DNA of 64,000 nucleotides from an uncultured Winogradskyella sp. (GCF_963975125.1 NZ_CAXBGB010000006.1:780-64779); one strand, 5' to 3'; positions 28,248-36,660 are shown, numbered from the stretch's first letter. Numbers and translations: made by a program. Notes: generated from the sequence alone by a model not told the origin.

Positions 28248-29387
28248 TTATTTTGAAAGTAAAATAGTCACTGCATTACCACCAAAGCCGACGGCATTAA
28301 TCATAATTTTTGAAATCTTTTTTGGACGCGATTGCTCCAAGTACGGAATGTCAATAAATGTTTGATGGTTAAGCATAAGCACCGCCATTTCTATACTTAA
28401 TAGTCCGGAAGCTCCAAGACTATGACCTACTTTCATCTTATTAGTAGTTAATGAAGGAATTTTGTTACAAAAAATCTGATTTATTGCATTATATTCTGCA
28501 AAATCACCTTTAATTGTGCCAGGTGTATGTGTTACTATAATATCAATGTCTTCTGGGTTTAAATCACCTAATGCCATTCTCATAGAGCGCTGAAAACAAT
28601 CGGCATTAGTTGAAAGCGATGCATTATGTTCTAATAATTCTGTTCCATAACCAATACCTTCTATAATGGCTAAAGCGTTTTCAATTTTTCCTTTTTCTAA
28701 ACAAGCCATTGCTGCTCCTTCTCCTAAAATCATTGTGTTTTCGGTTTTATTAAAATCGAGTGCGCGACAAGGGTATGCATTATCTTTTCTGGCATAGATT
28801 TTAAGGGCCTTCATCTGTGCAATTGTAAATGGTGTTAATGGAGCCTCACTACCACCAACTAAAAATTTATTGCACATACCAGAATTTAACCAAGCGACTC
28901 CATTGAGCATGGCATGTAATGCGGTAGAACATGTAATTGAATGAGAAATCTCTGGACCTTGCGTTTGTAGATCATGTGCAACCCAAGACGAAATATTACC
29001 AAGGGTTGTGGTTGGGGAACTTAAGGTTTCGGCTTTGTTTTTATTTAAAAAACTTTCAAAATAGGTTTCAAATAAACCTGTAGCACCTCGAGAAGAACCA
29101 ATATTAATCCCAAAATTATCTGAAGCTGACCATCCAGCTTCTTTAATCACTTCTCTTGCCGAGAAAATTCCAAACAAAACAGAATCATCTAGTTGTTTGT
29201 ATTTAGTGTTTGATTGTCGGAGTTTTTCAATCTCTTTTTTGGCTTCGCGAGATAATTCTGCAACAAAAGTTCCATCTTTTTCGTTAAAAAAGTGAGCGTT
29301 AGATTTATAATTTCCCCAGATGGTTTCTTTAATAAAACCTAAAGGTGAAATGGATGAAATAGCAGTTATAGAAATGGGTTGATTCAA
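28248..29387 (-). CDS. beta-ketoacyl-ACP synthase, KAS I/II-type (Cys-His-His), short form
   Basis: Active-site Cys in HSITCSTALHA, His in VTHTPGT and His in KVGHSLGASG. 379 aa with a TTG start. Confidence 0.85.
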   Translation of the reverse strand: MNQPISITAISSISPLGFIKETIWGNYKSNAHFFNEKDGTFVAELSREAKKEIEKLRQSNTKYKQLDDSVLFGIFSAREVIKEAGWSASDNFGINIGSSRGATGLFETYFESFLNKNKAETLSSPTTTLGNISSWVAHDLQTQGPEISHSITCSTALHAMLNGVAWLNSGMCNKFLVGGSEAPLTPFTIAQMKALKIYARKDNAYPCRALDFNKTENTMILGEGAAMACLEKGKIENALAIIEGIGYGTELLEHNASLSTNADCFQRSMRMALGDLNPEDIDIIVTHTPGTIKGDFAEYNAINQIFCNKIPSLTTNKMKVGHSLGASGLLSIEMAVLMLNHQTFIDIPYLEQSRPKKISKIMINAVGFGGNAVTILLSK

Positions 29388-29515
29388 TAGAAACTTTGTT
29401 TAAAACAAAAATAAGATTTAAACCCTAGTCTAAAAATGAACTGCTCTAATTTATTATCAATTTGTAACATAATCTTTTTTTAGTTTACTTACATTTAGTA
29501 ATCAATTAAAATAGC

Positions 29516-29941
29516 ATGGAAGAAAATAAACAGAAAAGTTGGTTTAGTAGAAATTGGGGATGGGTACTTGGTGGCGGTTGTTTGTCAATAATTGTTATTG
29601 TAGCTTTAGCTATAGGAGGTTTAATTTATAAAGTTACAGATGCTGTAAAGGAATCTGAACCTTATACACATGCGTATGCTAAAACGATAGAAAATGAAAA
29701 AGTTATTGAATTCTTAGGAACTCCAATTGAGACTAATGGTATGGGAAATACGAGCTATAAATATGCAGATGGATCTACTACTGCGGAATTAACGATACCA
29801 ATAAAAGGCCCTAAAGATGAAGGTAATATTATTGTTGATGCTGAAAAAATAAATGATGAATGGACATATAATTCACTTTATGTAAAAATTGATGGGGAAA
29901 CAGAAACTATTAATTTATTAGAGACTGAAATTGAAGAATAG
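29516..29941 (+). CDS. Coa1-like (cytochrome oxidase assembly factor 1 family) membrane-anchored protein
   Basis: WFSRNWGWVLGGGCLSIIVIV TM anchor followed by ...VIEFLGTPIE...AELTIPIKGPKDEGNIIV...EWTYNSLYV, recalled as the bacterial Coa1-family pattern. Confidence 0.55.
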   Translation: MEENKQKSWFSRNWGWVLGGGCLSIIVIVALAIGGLIYKVTDAVKESEPYTHAYAKTIENEKVIEFLGTPIETNGMGNTSYKYADGSTTAELTIPIKGPKDEGNIIVDAEKINDEWTYNSLYVKIDGETETINLLETEIEE

Positions 29942-31207
29942 CTAGACGATCTCTAAAGCGTCTTCAATCACTCTATATATATTTTGAAGTTCTTCTTCAG
30001 AAATAACATACGGAACCTGAATGTAAATCGTATTACCAAGAGGTCTTAAAAACACACCTCTGTCCATAAAGAATTTTAGAAGTTTATCACGCAAACTTCC
30101 ATAGCGTTCCATCTTGGTATTGAGATCTAAGGCAAAAATCACACCTATTTGTCGTGTAGATTTAACTTTAGGATGTGCTTTAATATGGTCATTAAATTTT
30201 TGATGCGAGTTAGTAATTCGCTTAATATTATTCTGGATATCTTCTGATTGCAAAAGTTCTATTGCAGCTATTGCAGCAGAACAAGCGATAGGATTCCCTG
30301 AGTAAGTATGGCAATGAAAAAAGCCTTTTGCCATGTCGTTACTCAAAAATGCATCGTAGATGTTTTGAGTGCATGAGGTTATTGCCATTGGCACTAATCC
30401 TGCTGTTAAGGCTTTACTTAAACAAATAATGTCTGGTTTTGTATCTACATAATCAGAAGCAAAATACTTACCCGTTTTACCAAAACCAGTCATAACTTCA
30501 TCTGCAATAGTTAAAATGCTATGTTCTTTACAAAACTTAAGAATGGTGTTTAAACCATCAGCATCATGAACTTTCATTCCGGCTGCTCCTTGTACCAAAG
30601 GTTCATAAATAAAACCAGCGATGTCATAGTTAGATGCAAAGTTTTGTAATTGATTTAGTATGTCTTTGTGATTTGTTCCGTTTGGTGTTGGAATGCGCTT
30701 TACATCAATTAAAAAGTTTTCAAAGGGGCCATTATAAACAGATAAGCCAGAAACACTCATTGCTCCAAAAGTATCTCCATGAAACCCGTTTTCAAAAGCA
30801 ATGAATGTTGAGCGTTTTTTACCTTTATTAAAGTAGTATTGCAATGCCATTTTTATACCAGCTTCAACTGCAGTGGAACCATTATCATTAAAGAAAATTT
30901 TATTCTGACCTTTGGGTAATATCTTAATAAGTTCTTCGGATAACTTAACAGCAGGTTCATGCGTAAAATCACTAAACATCACTTGGTCTAGTTGCTGCAT
31001 TTGTCGGTAGACCTTTTCAATAATATAGTCATTGCAATGACCAAACATACAAGTGTACCAAGATGAAATGGCATCTATGTAGTCATTTCCGTCTTCATCA
31101 GTTAAGATGCAACCTTTAGTTTTTACAATAGCTGTACTTTCTGGATGTAATTGATGCTGTTTTAGTGGGTGCCAAAGGTGTTTTTTATCTCGTTCTTTTA
31201 AACTCAT
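29942..31207 (-). CDS. bioA: adenosylmethionine-8-amino-7-oxononanoate aminotransferase
   Basis: KHLWHPL N-terminus. Class-III aminotransferase motifs (ADEVMTGFGKTGK, CLSKALTAG PLP lysine). Confidence 0.93.
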   Translation of the reverse strand: MSLKERDKKHLWHPLKQHQLHPESTAIVKTKGCILTDEDGNDYIDAISSWYTCMFGHCNDYIIEKVYRQMQQLDQVMFSDFTHEPAVKLSEELIKILPKGQNKIFFNDNGSTAVEAGIKMALQYYFNKGKKRSTFIAFENGFHGDTFGAMSVSGLSVYNGPFENFLIDVKRIPTPNGTNHKDILNQLQNFASNYDIAGFIYEPLVQGAAGMKVHDADGLNTILKFCKEHSILTIADEVMTGFGKTGKYFASDYVDTKPDIICLSKALTAGLVPMAITSCTQNIYDAFLSNDMAKGFFHCHTYSGNPIACSAAIAAIELLQSEDIQNNIKRITNSHQKFNDHIKAHPKVKSTRQIGVIFALDLNTKMERYGSLRDKLLKFFMDRGVFLRPLGNTIYIQVPYVISEEELQNIYRVIEDALEIV

Positions 31208-31218
31208 TATCTTCTTTT

Positions 31219-31292
31219 GTCATTCCTGCGAAGGCAGGAATCTATATTTTATTCACTAGGCATTATGGATTCCGCATCAAGTGCGGAATGAC
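31219..31292. repeat. paired ATTCC..GGAAT hairpins (A and B) in the bioA|bioD spacer
   Basis: A is GTC-ATTCCTGC-GAAG-GCAGGAAT at 31219..31242. B is ATTCCGCA-TCAAG-TGCGGAAT-GAC at 31269..31292. The outer flanks GTCATTCC / GGAATGAC are themselves inverted. Confidence 0.75.
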
Positions 31293-31294
31293 AG

Positions 31295-31903
31295 TTACAA
31301 TTTCTCTTTGAATTTTTCAGCATATTCTTTAATCACATTCTTATCAAAATACGGCTCGTCATTTATTCTTCCGATTACTGGTACTCCGGTCATTTTATCA
31401 ATTATTGATTCTGTAGACTTGTGTTCGTCGCCACTATAAATTAAAGCGATATCAAAACTTTTAGCTTTTAGAGTATTTATAGTTAGAAGTATATGATTAA
31501 TACTTCCTAAATAATGGCGAGATACCACAATGACTTTGTCTTTTGGTTGTATAAGATCTAAGATTGTGTCTTTATCATTTAAAGGCACCATCAAACCTCC
31601 AGCACCTTCAATAACTAGATGGTTTTTAGTTTTTGGACGTTTTATTTGTTTTAAATCTATAGTCAATCCATCAATTTCTGCTGCACCATGAGGACTCATT
31701 GGTGTTTGTAAGGCGTAACTATTAGGATGAAAAACGGATTTAGAATTCGACACCAATTGTTGCACTTTTTTAGTGTCGCAATTATCTAGTTCACCGGCTT
31801 GTACGGGTTTAAAATAATCTGCATTTAGGGCTTCAACTAAAATTGCTGAAGCTATTGTTTTACCAACATCTGTTGATATGCCTGTGATAAAGTAGGTTTT
31901 CAT
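31295..31903 (-). CDS. bioD: dethiobiotin synthase
   Basis: MKTYFITGISTDVGKT P-loop. 202 aa. Confidence 0.9.
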   Translation of the reverse strand: MKTYFITGISTDVGKTIASAILVEALNADYFKPVQAGELDNCDTKKVQQLVSNSKSVFHPNSYALQTPMSPHGAAEIDGLTIDLKQIKRPKTKNHLVIEGAGGLMVPLNDKDTILDLIQPKDKVIVVSRHYLGSINHILLTINTLKAKSFDIALIYSGDEHKSTESIIDKMTGVPVIGRINDEPYFDKNVIKEYAEKFKEKL

Positions 31904-32313
31904 TTTACAGGGAATTCAGTTTTACAATCTTCACATACATATTGATAGCGTGTACTAAATGGTAAAGTTCCAAATAGGAAACCTATTAAAAATGACATCA
32001 TTGATTTAAAATCTTTTATTGTCGAGTATAAGTCAATATGTTCTTGTTTACAATTTGGACAAATAATCGGTTGCCCTTCGTCGTCAACAGAATACTCTTT
32101 AATGGATTTAAGGATGTCTTTAGCTTTGTTTTCGTCTTGAGCAAGCACTTTAAGCTTAACGCCTCCAATAGCATTACTCACCAATGGATCGGTATCTATA
32201 GTGATATTATCTCTTAAGAATACTTCAATTCCATCGGCTTCTAATCGCCCTTTTATGATTTGTGCTTCAGATGAATATTGAAATCTAGCAACGGTAACAA
32301 ATGTCTGACTCAT
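31900..32313 (-). CDS. DUF2007-type domain protein with C-terminal split zinc ribbon and one hydrophobic helix
   Basis: N-terminal VTVARFQYSSEAQIIKGRLEADGIEVFLRD (DUF2007-like). CPNC...MMSFLIGFLFGTLPF...CEDC. ATGA overlap with the bioD start. Confidence 0.65.
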   Translation of the reverse strand: MSQTFVTVARFQYSSEAQIIKGRLEADGIEVFLRDNITIDTDPLVSNAIGGVKLKVLAQDENKAKDILKSIKEYSVDDEGQPIICPNCKQEHIDLYSTIKDFKSMMSFLIGFLFGTLPFSTRYQYVCEDCKTEFPVK

Positions 32314-32329
32314 AATTTTTTATGATGAG

Positions 32330-32350
32330 ATACTGAAACGAGTTCAGCAT
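32330..32350. repeat. small hairpin element in the DUF2007|bioF spacer
   Basis: ATACTGAA-ACGAG-TTCAGCAT followed by GAC. 8-bp stem with one mismatch. It shares the 3' ATGAC flank with hairpin B. Confidence 0.4.
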
Positions 32351-32352
32351 GA

Positions 32353-33480
32353 CTACGTCACAAAGGTAGCTAACAAGCCCAAGACTTCCGAAATTTCTTG
32401 CTTAGAATTGTAGCTGTGTAAACAGAAGCGAAGCCGCTCCTCGTTTTTTGGCACTGTAGGTGATAAAATAGGTTTTACATCAAACCCTTTGTCTTTAAGT
32501 TGATGCGCAACAGATTTCACATTTTCATTACCTGAAATTATGCAACACTGGATGGCTGAATTACTTTCGATAAATAATTCCTGAAGGTTAAGTCTCTTAA
32601 TTTCTGATTTAAAAAAAGAAATGCTTTCACTAAGTAATCTAATAGTATCAGTTGCAACTAATTCTTCATATGCCATTTTCAGTGTTGCTAATGAATGCGA
32701 TGGTAAACCCGTAGTATAAATAAAAGGGCGCGAAAAATTAATGAGATAATCCTTTAAATCTTGAGAACCTATAATAGCTGCTCCATGACAACCAAGAGCC
32801 TTACCAAAAGTTATAATTCTTGCGAAAACTGAATTTTCAAGACCAAGCTGTTGTACTAGACCTGTTTTAAAAACACCCAAAGCATGTGCTTCATCAATTA
32901 TAATATGTGCTTTATGTTCTGCGCAGCATTCTATAAATGTTAAAATATCTGGAGAATCACCATCCATTGAGAAAACAGATTCAGTAACAACGTAAACTTC
33001 CGATTTGTCATGCTGAACTCTTTTCAGCATCTCAGCTAAATCTTCTAAATCGTTATGTTTAAATTTATGAGATTTAGCATTACTCATACTTATACCATCT
33101 CTTATGGAAGCATGGCAATACTCATCATATAAAATGACATCACCACGTTGCGGTACAGAAGACAATAAACCTATGTTAGCGTTGTAACCCGAATTAAAAA
33201 TTAGCGCGGCTTCACTTTTGTGGATATTAGAAAGTTCCGTTTCTACTTGAGAATATAAAGAATGATTCCCTGATAGTAAGCGTGAACCTGTAGCTCCATT
33301 CTGTTTAAGATTTTTGTCAATAAGATATTGATGCGCCTTATTAAAAATGGTTTCTGATTTTGAAAAACCTAAATAGTCATTTGATGAAAAATCTACTAGA
33401 TTAGAATCAGAACCCAATTGCCGAAACGCATTGTTGTCTTTTCTTCCGTCTAGTTTTTTGTATAGTTTTTTTGGTAACAC
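32353..33480 (-). CDS. bioF: 8-amino-7-oxononanoate synthase
   Basis: Class-II aminotransferase pattern (DEAHALG, TFGKALGCHGA PLP lysine). GTG start at 33480. Confidence 0.9.
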   Translation of the reverse strand: MLPKKLYKKLDGRKDNNAFRQLGSDSNLVDFSSNDYLGFSKSETIFNKAHQYLIDKNLKQNGATGSRLLSGNHSLYSQVETELSNIHKSEAALIFNSGYNANIGLLSSVPQRGDVILYDEYCHASIRDGISMSNAKSHKFKHNDLEDLAEMLKRVQHDKSEVYVVTESVFSMDGDSPDILTFIECCAEHKAHIIIDEAHALGVFKTGLVQQLGLENSVFARIITFGKALGCHGAAIIGSQDLKDYLINFSRPFIYTTGLPSHSLATLKMAYEELVATDTIRLLSESISFFKSEIKRLNLQELFIESNSAIQCCIISGNENVKSVAHQLKDKGFDVKPILSPTVPKNEERLRFCLHSYNSKQEISEVLGLLATFVT

Positions 33481-33531
33481 GAGTCAAAGATACAAACTGT
33501 ATAAAGATTTTGAAATTATCTTTTTTTAATA

Positions 33532-33558
33532 AAAAATTATTGTTTATCAATAATTTTT
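33532..33558. promoter_or_regulatory. perfect 11-bp inverted repeat (candidate operator)
   Basis: AAAAATTATTG-TTTAT-CAATAATTTTT. The left arm covers the TTG at 33540..33542 (the -33 position), and the right arm ends 1 nt before the -7 box. Confidence 0.4.
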
Positions 33559-33559
33559 A

Positions 33560-33567
33560 TATATTTG
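33560..33567 (+). promoter_or_regulatory. candidate -7 box TATATTTG for the DUF2975 operon
   Basis: Exact TAnnTTTG match 26 nt upstream of the ATG at 33593, with a TTG 17 nt further upstream. Confidence 0.45.
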
Positions 33568-33592
33568 TTATTGTAAAACGATAATTTTTAAC

Positions 33593-34102
33593 ATGCGAAA
33601 ATTAATTATTCTAAAAAGTTTAGTGGATTTTGTTTGGATAGTAACTTGTATACCAATGCTATTGTTAATGGCTTTTTTTACAGCCTATATGTTTATTGAT
33701 CCATACGCTTTAGATATAGTATTTGATAAGATGACTTTTAGTGATATTGCTTCTAATACTATAAAACAAATTTTTGGACTGTTATATATAGTTGTGGTAT
33801 CGCTATCAATTTACTGTCTCTTTATATTTAGAAAGACCTTGCGTTATTTTCAAAAAGTAAAACCATTTCATTTGGATGTAATTAGAAACTTCTATAAAAT
33901 AGGTTATTTACTTTCTGGAATTGGTGTCTTTGGAAGTCTGTTGTTTTTTATAGCACGATTGGTGTCGCAAGGACAGTTTAAAATCAATTTAGGTTTAAGT
34001 CCTTTTATATTACTCGTTTGCCTTGGTTTATTTTTTATGATTCTGAGTGAGGTCTTTAAAGTAGCAAAGCAAGCCAAAGAAGAAAATGAATTAACTGTAT
34101 AA
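33593..34102 (+). CDS. DUF2975-like membrane protein (4 TM)
   Basis: 169 aa, four hydrophobic segments, C-terminal AKQAKEENELTV tail. Paralogous to the next gene. Confidence 0.6.
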   Translation: MRKLIILKSLVDFVWIVTCIPMLLLMAFFTAYMFIDPYALDIVFDKMTFSDIASNTIKQIFGLLYIVVVSLSIYCLFIFRKTLRYFQKVKPFHLDVIRNFYKIGYLLSGIGVFGSLLFFIARLVSQGQFKINLGLSPFILLVCLGLFFMILSEVFKVAKQAKEENELTV

Positions 34103-34105
34103 ATT

Positions 34106-34630
34106 ATGAAAGACAACACAACCATATTAACCGTTATAACTTATGCTATTTTATTAGGTGCTGTTTCAGTCCTTTTAAACGATATGCACGAGTTTGATTT
34201 TAACCAGTTTGAAAAGTTTCAGAATTGGGCGAAAACTGCAGATAAGAGTGAGTCTTGGTTTACTTCTAAGAATGCGATTGAATGGAGTTACTATGCTATA
34301 AGTACGGGTCTTTTCTTTTGGAGAGCTTATCTCATATATGGCTTTAGTTATTTTTTATCCATATTAAAGGAAGTTGAAACTGGCAATTACTTTAGCGATA
34401 AGAACATTAGTTATTTTAAAAAGATTGGAAATATTTTTATTAGTTATACCGTGGGTGTATTGATTCTTAGGTTTCTATTAGCTGCAATAGGTGAATCTAC
34501 TTTCAGCTTTTTTAATGAACTCAAAGCAGAATTTACATTTTTAATTCCTGCAGGATTAGCGTTCTATATTTTGGCTGAAATTTTTGAAAAAGGAAAACAA
34601 GTAGAAGAAGAAAACGACCTAACTATTTAA
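34106..34630 (+). CDS. DUF2975-like membrane protein (4 TM)
   Basis: 174 aa, same topology, C-terminal GKQVEEENDLTI tail. 3-nt gap from the upstream gene. Confidence 0.6.
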   Translation: MKDNTTILTVITYAILLGAVSVLLNDMHEFDFNQFEKFQNWAKTADKSESWFTSKNAIEWSYYAISTGLFFWRAYLIYGFSYFLSILKEVETGNYFSDKNISYFKKIGNIFISYTVGVLILRFLLAAIGESTFSFFNELKAEFTFLIPAGLAFYILAEIFEKGKQVEEENDLTI

Positions 34631-34632
34631 TA

Positions 34633-34839
34633 ATGCCAATAGTTGTAAACTTAGATATAATGTTGGTTAAGCGCCAAATGAAAAGTAAAGACCTTGCTGA
34701 AATCATAGGCATAACGACGGCTAATTTGTCAATTTTAAAATCTGGCAAAGCTAAAGCTGTTCGATTTTCAACTTTAGAAGCAATTTGTAAGGCTTTAAAT
34801 TGTCAACCTAGTGATATTTTAGAATACATTGAAGACTAA
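34633..34839 (+). CDS. stand-alone XRE/YozG-type helix-turn-helix regulator
   Basis: 68 aa. NLDIMLVKRQMKSKDLAEIIGITTANLSILKSGKAKAVRFSTLEAICKALNCQPSDILEY matches the short YozG-like HTH usually paired with DUF2975. Confidence 0.85.
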   Translation: MPIVVNLDIMLVKRQMKSKDLAEIIGITTANLSILKSGKAKAVRFSTLEAICKALNCQPSDILEYIED

Positions 34840-34859
34840 ATCTATTACCTTTATAGTCT

Positions 34860-36116
34860 ATGTATGCTTTAGTAGATTGTAATAATTTTTATGCTTCTTG
34901 CGAGCGAGTTTTTAACCCGAATTTGGAAGGACAGCCTGTTGCTATTTTAAGCAATAATGATGGTTGTGTTATTTCTATGAGTGATGAATCTAAAGCATTA
35001 GAGCTTCCCTTTGGTGCACCAATCTTTAAATGGGAAGGGTTTTGTAAAGCGAATAATATTAAAATACTTTCATCAAATTATCCACTATATGGCGATATGA
35101 GTAGTCGTGTAATGAGAATACTAGAACAGTTTTCACCAGATATTGAAGTGTATAGTATAGATGAAGCTTTTCTTCAGTTTAAAGGCTTTGAAAATTATGA
35201 TTTTCAGGATTACGGAAATCAAATGAGACAACGTATTCTTAAATGGACAGGCATTCCGACCTGTGTTGGTGTAGCTTCTACAAAAGCATTAACTAAAGTT
35301 GCTAATAAGATTGCACGTAAATTTCCTAACGAAACTAAAGGAGTTTATGTGATAGATTCTGAAACTTCAAGAATTAAAGCATTGAAATGGATTAAACTTG
35401 AAGATGTTTGGGGAATAGGTAGAGCATTGCAAAAACGATTAAAAGCAAAAGGGTGTAAAACAGCATACGACTTTACGCAATTGCCAGATGATTGGGTGCG
35501 CAAAACCTTTTCGATTACAGAGTGGAAACTAAAAAAAGACTTAGAAGGAGTTTCAAAAATAGAGTTAGATGCTCCTAAAACAAAACGCGCTATTGCTACA
35601 ACACGAAGTTTTGAATATACCTATTCAGATATAGATAATATAAAAGAACGCATTTCTACCTTTGCAACAAGTTGTGCCGAGAAATTGCGCAAACAAGGAT
35701 CTAGTTGCCACATGGTTATTGTGATGTTAAGTAGCGATAAGCATAAAAAAGATTTAGAACAACACAGAGGAAGCACTATGGTAAGTTTTCCGTATCCTAC
35801 GGATTCTTCTTTATTAATTAGCACGCAAGCCGTAAATGCTGTAAAATCGATTTATAAAACAGGCATTAAATATAAAAGGGCAGGAGTTATTGTTACAGGT
35901 ATAGTGCCAACCGATAATTATCAATTAGATTTGTTTAACAAAGAGAACCCTAAGCATAAGCCTTTAATGGCTGCTATAGACAACATAAATAAAAAGTATA
36001 AGGATTATAAAATTAAATTGGGAAATCAAGATTTAGAACGCACTTGGAAAATGCGCCAAGAACGCTTATCGCCAAGATATACGACTAATATTAATGATAT
36101 TATCGTAGTTAAATAA
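34860..36116 (+). CDS. umuC: Y-family DNA polymerase (UmuC-type)
   Basis: MYALVDCNNFYASCERVFNP...SNNDGCVIS...YSIDEAF catalytic motifs. 418 aa. Confidence 0.9.
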   Translation: MYALVDCNNFYASCERVFNPNLEGQPVAILSNNDGCVISMSDESKALELPFGAPIFKWEGFCKANNIKILSSNYPLYGDMSSRVMRILEQFSPDIEVYSIDEAFLQFKGFENYDFQDYGNQMRQRILKWTGIPTCVGVASTKALTKVANKIARKFPNETKGVYVIDSETSRIKALKWIKLEDVWGIGRALQKRLKAKGCKTAYDFTQLPDDWVRKTFSITEWKLKKDLEGVSKIELDAPKTKRAIATTRSFEYTYSDIDNIKERISTFATSCAEKLRKQGSSCHMVIVMLSSDKHKKDLEQHRGSTMVSFPYPTDSSLLISTQAVNAVKSIYKTGIKYKRAGVIVTGIVPTDNYQLDLFNKENPKHKPLMAAIDNINKKYKDYKIKLGNQDLERTWKMRQERLSPRYTTNINDIIVVK

Positions 36117-36117
36117 A

Positions 36118-36203
36118 ATTCCTTTGAAAAAAGGAATCTCATGAATTGTAACTAAATTTAGAATTGAATTAAGAAGAATAAGATTCCCCTTTTTCAAGGG
36201 AAT
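36118..36203. repeat. paired ATTCC..GGAAT hairpins (C and D) in the umuC|umuD spacer
   Basis: C is ATTCCTTT-GAAA-AAAGGAAT at 36118..36137. D is ATTCCC-CTTTTTCAA-GGGAAT at 36183..36203. Confidence 0.65.
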
Positions 36204-36218
36204 GAAAACGAGTTTTCT

Positions 36219-36659
36219 ATGATAGCACACAAATCTTCAAGTTTAACGTTTTTCGTACCAGAAGCCATTGAAGGGGCTGGTACAAACTTTTTTGACACAG
36301 GCATCTCTGCAGGTTTCCCTTCTCCAGCAGACGATTTTAAAGAACAACGTTTATCCTTAGATGATGAGTTGGTAAAAAACAAGGAGGCGACATTCTATGC
36401 AAAAGTGAGTGGGCAATCTATGATTGGCGCAGGTTTAGATGATAACGATTTGTTAGTTATAGATCGAAGTTTAGAACCAGAAAACAATAAAATAGCAGTT
36501 TGTTTTTTAGATGGGGAATTTACTGTAAAACGCCTTAGAGTATCTGATGGTGAGGTGTGGCTTCAACCAGAGAATCCAGATTATCCAATTATAAAAATTA
36601 CAGAAGAAAACAACTTTCTTATTTGGGGAATAGTTACCAATGTGATTAAGAAAGTGTAA
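36219..36659 (+). CDS. umuD: S24 LexA-like autopeptidase, UmuD-type (no HTH domain)
   Basis: GISAGFPSPADD cleavage-site region. Ser in VSGQSMIGAG and Lys in FTVKRL. 146 aa. Confidence 0.85.
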   Translation: MIAHKSSSLTFFVPEAIEGAGTNFFDTGISAGFPSPADDFKEQRLSLDDELVKNKEATFYAKVSGQSMIGAGLDDNDLLVIDRSLEPENNKIAVCFLDGEFTVKRLRVSDGEVWLQPENPDYPIIKITEENNFLIWGIVTNVIKKV

Positions 36660-36660
36660 T

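Noticed and set aside
33481-33531. BirA-type bio operator upstream of bioF (TACAAAC ... TTGTAAAAC fragments).
   Set aside because: The half-sites are not in inverted orientation and do not match a BirA box that I can state with confidence.
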